The notes beneath the pieces were generated by a model that was not told where the DNA came from, searched no databases, and saw only the letters and a program-made list of their open reading frames with translations. From positions 1 through 19,425 of the forward strand of contig CAWKBC010000037.1 of NCBI GenBank assembly GCA_963847705.1: a stretch of DNA of 19,425 nucleotides, written 5' to 3'. This DNA is from an uncultured Pseudomonadota bacterium. GTDB taxonomy: Bacteria; Myxococcota_A; Polyangia; Fen-1088. The position numbers and the translations under genes were made by a program. Of this stretch, positions 17,201-19,425 are shown in pieces (the stretch's first letter is position 1; each line of letters begins with the position of its first letter).

Positions 17201-19300
17201 GTGCTCCGCGATGGCTTCGACATTGGCCGGATCGAAGGTGAGCGCGCGCGCCGTCGCCGCCAGCGCGTCGTCGGGGCGCCCCAGACGAAGCGCGCAGAGA
17301 CGCGCCGATTCCACCTCGAAGCTGCTGGCGCTGGCCGGGTTCGGCTCACCGGCGGCCTGTCGGGAGAGCACGCCGCAGAGCGCGTCGAAGCGCCCGCGCC
17401 GGTGATGGGCCCGCCCGAGACCGGCCAGCACCGGCCGCGAATCGGGCGCCAGCGCCAGCGCCGCTTCGTAGGCGCGGATCGCCTCGTCGTCGGCCGCCGC
17501 GCGCTCCTCGAAGATGGTCCCCGCGCGGTAGCACCAAGCAAACCGCGTCGCCTTGTCAAAGGCGGAGATCTCGGTCCCCAGCTTCAGGGCGGCCTCCGCG
17601 GCGACCAGCGCGTCGCCCGCCTTCTCGGCCGCGCGCAAGAGGGCCGCCAGCGCCGCGCCCCGCCGCGTCCCCAGCGCGACCCACTCGCTGTAGAACCCGA
17701 GCGCCTTGCCCGGATCGTTCAGACGATCCTCGTGCAGCGCCCCCAGCCGCTCGAGCCGGATCGCCCGCGCGCCGGTGTCGGCCTCGGTCCCCGCCTCGCC
17801 GAGCGCGCCCGGCGCGGCGGTCACGTCGACGACCTTGGCCATCTCGTCCCAGCGGCCGAGCGCCGGCAGCAGCCGCTCGAGCAGGTGCGCCGCCGGCGCG
17901 TAGGCGGGCACCGCTTCGAGCGCCCGTTTGGCCAGGGCCGCCGCGCGTGGCAGATCGTGCGCCGCCGTCTCGGCCAGCTCGGCGGCGCGCATCGCCAGCG
18001 CCGCGCGCTCGGCCGGATCGGCGCTGCGGTCGACGGCCCCCTCGGCCAACGTCACCTGCGCCGCCGCATCGCCGGTGCGCGAGGCGATCCGCTCCAGCGC
18101 GGCGAGCGCGACCGGATCGCCGGGGCGCGCCTCCAGCAGCCGGCGGTAACGGCCGGCCGCCGCGTCGTCGTTCCCTTCGTGCAGCTCGGCCAGGTGCGCG
18201 CCGAGGCCCATCAACGTCGCCGCCCAGTCGCGATTGCCCGAGAGCTCGGCCTGGCGATCGAGCGCCTCCCGCGCCTTCTTCCATTCGCCGGCGACGAGGG
18301 CGCCCGAGACGGCGGCGAAGAGCAGCGCCGGATCGTCGGGGTCGGCCAGCCGCGCCGCCTCGACGAGCTCCAGGGCTCGGGCAGGCGCCCCCAGCCGGTG
18401 GCGGGAGAGCGCCGCGCCCAGCGTCAGCCAGCCGGCCCGTTCGACGCCCGACGAGGCGTCGGCCTCCATCGCCACGACGCGGTCGAGCTCGGCGAACTTC
18501 CCCAGCGCGGCAGCCACCCGCCGTGCGCCCGCCCGCGCCAGCGCCGCGGCGCCCCGCCCCGCCTCCTCGTCGAGCGCGCGGAGCCACAGACCGAGCGCCT
18601 CCGGCGCGCGCGCCGGATCGCCCTCCGCGATCAGCGCCAGCCGGCAGAGCAGCCGCCCGCGCGCGCCGGCCGAACGCGCCGCCGCCAGCCGCCGTTCGAG
18701 CACCGATTGCAGAAGCGCGGCGTCGGCCGCCTCGCCGCGCCCCACGCCGCGCAGCGCGCTCTCCTCGAGCGCCAGCAGGGCCGCCGCGTGGCCCGGCTGC
18801 TCGGCGAGCGCGGTCTCGAGCAGCGCGCGGGCCGGCGCCGGAGCGTCGAGCCGGTGCTCGAGCAGGTAGGCCTTCTCGACCGCCAGGTCGGCGCGCGCCC
18901 CGGCGTCCCCCGCCGCCTTCTGTTCGACGTCGAGCAGATCGAGCGCCGTCCAGTAGCTCCCCGCTTCGATGGCGTGCAGCCGCAGCGCGCGCAACACCAA
19001 CCCGAACGTCGTCTCGGCCGGCTCCTCGAGCGCCAGCCGCAGATGATCCATCGCCGCGGCGACGTCCCCGACCCCTTCTTCGAAGAGCCGCGCGGCCGCG
19101 TAGCGCAGGGCGCCGGCCGGGGCGCCGTCTCGCGCGTCGGCCTCCTCGACCAGCGCCAGCGCCTCGGCCTCCCACTGCGCCGGCGAGCGCGCCAGACCGC
19201 GCCGCGCGTCGTCGGGGGGCATCATCCCCGGCGTCAGGTTCGGCTGCGTGGCCTCGTCGGGACGAAGCTTTGGCAACGGCGTGGGCGTGAGGGCCGACAT
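14214..19300 (-). CDS. Giant TPR-repeat protein (~1694 aa if repaired), interrupted by two +1 frameshifts near 16423 and 14634; degenerate M48-peptidase-like C-terminus
   Basis: Protein-like TPR text (A..Y..AL...P...AL..L) runs 19300 to ~16424 in ORF 14555..19300, continues ~16422 to ~14635 in ORF 14473..16485, and ends ~14633 to 14214 in ORF 14214..15287. Removing one T at each junction gives 5085 nt, or 1694 aa plus stop. Confidence 0.8.
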
Positions 19301-19425
19301 GGGGCGATCTCTCGTCGCACTTTACTACTCTTTTGCCGCCGCTTGGCCGCGGGGTCCGCGCGGGTGCACCCAAACGGCCCTCCGGAAACTGGACGCTCTT
19401 TACTTCCGATGGGGAGCCTGCGGCA

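Noticed and set aside
14214-19373. Treating 14555..19300, 14473..16485 and 14214..15287 as three genes, plus ORFs 14680..16935, 17556..19373 and 17947..19290
   Set aside because: The first three are each protein-like only in part and join seamlessly into one gene. The others are shadow frames.

Overview
Very GC-rich, densely coding bacterial window. Gene style (TonB-domain-fused receptor, giant Ala/Arg-rich TPR protein, Pro-rich porin N-terminus) suggests Myxococcota; this is inference. Left: the end of a TonB operon (5'-truncated TonB, TonB-dependent receptor with its own N-terminal TonB domain, Cys-containing lipoprotein). Centre: a phosphate-starvation cluster with a PhoB-like regulator (no phoR in the window), a divergent OprO/P-type porin-pstS arm followed by a metallophosphoesterase, and pstC-pstA-pstB-phoU. 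Pho-box-like 11-bp-phased repeats are readable at three promoters, possibly four. Right: a PhyH-family dioxygenase, a UPF0104/LPG-synthase-TM membrane protein with a small palindromic in-frame insert, and a ~1694-aa TPR protein broken by two +1 frameshifts at the same sequence context (GATCT read as GATTCT). No rRNA, tRNA, CRISPR array or transposase was seen. The core is a known system; the most novel points are the lineage-specific extended Pho box, leaderless promoters, the TonB/receptor/lipoprotein triad, the palindromic coding insert and the pseudo-peptidase TPR giant.
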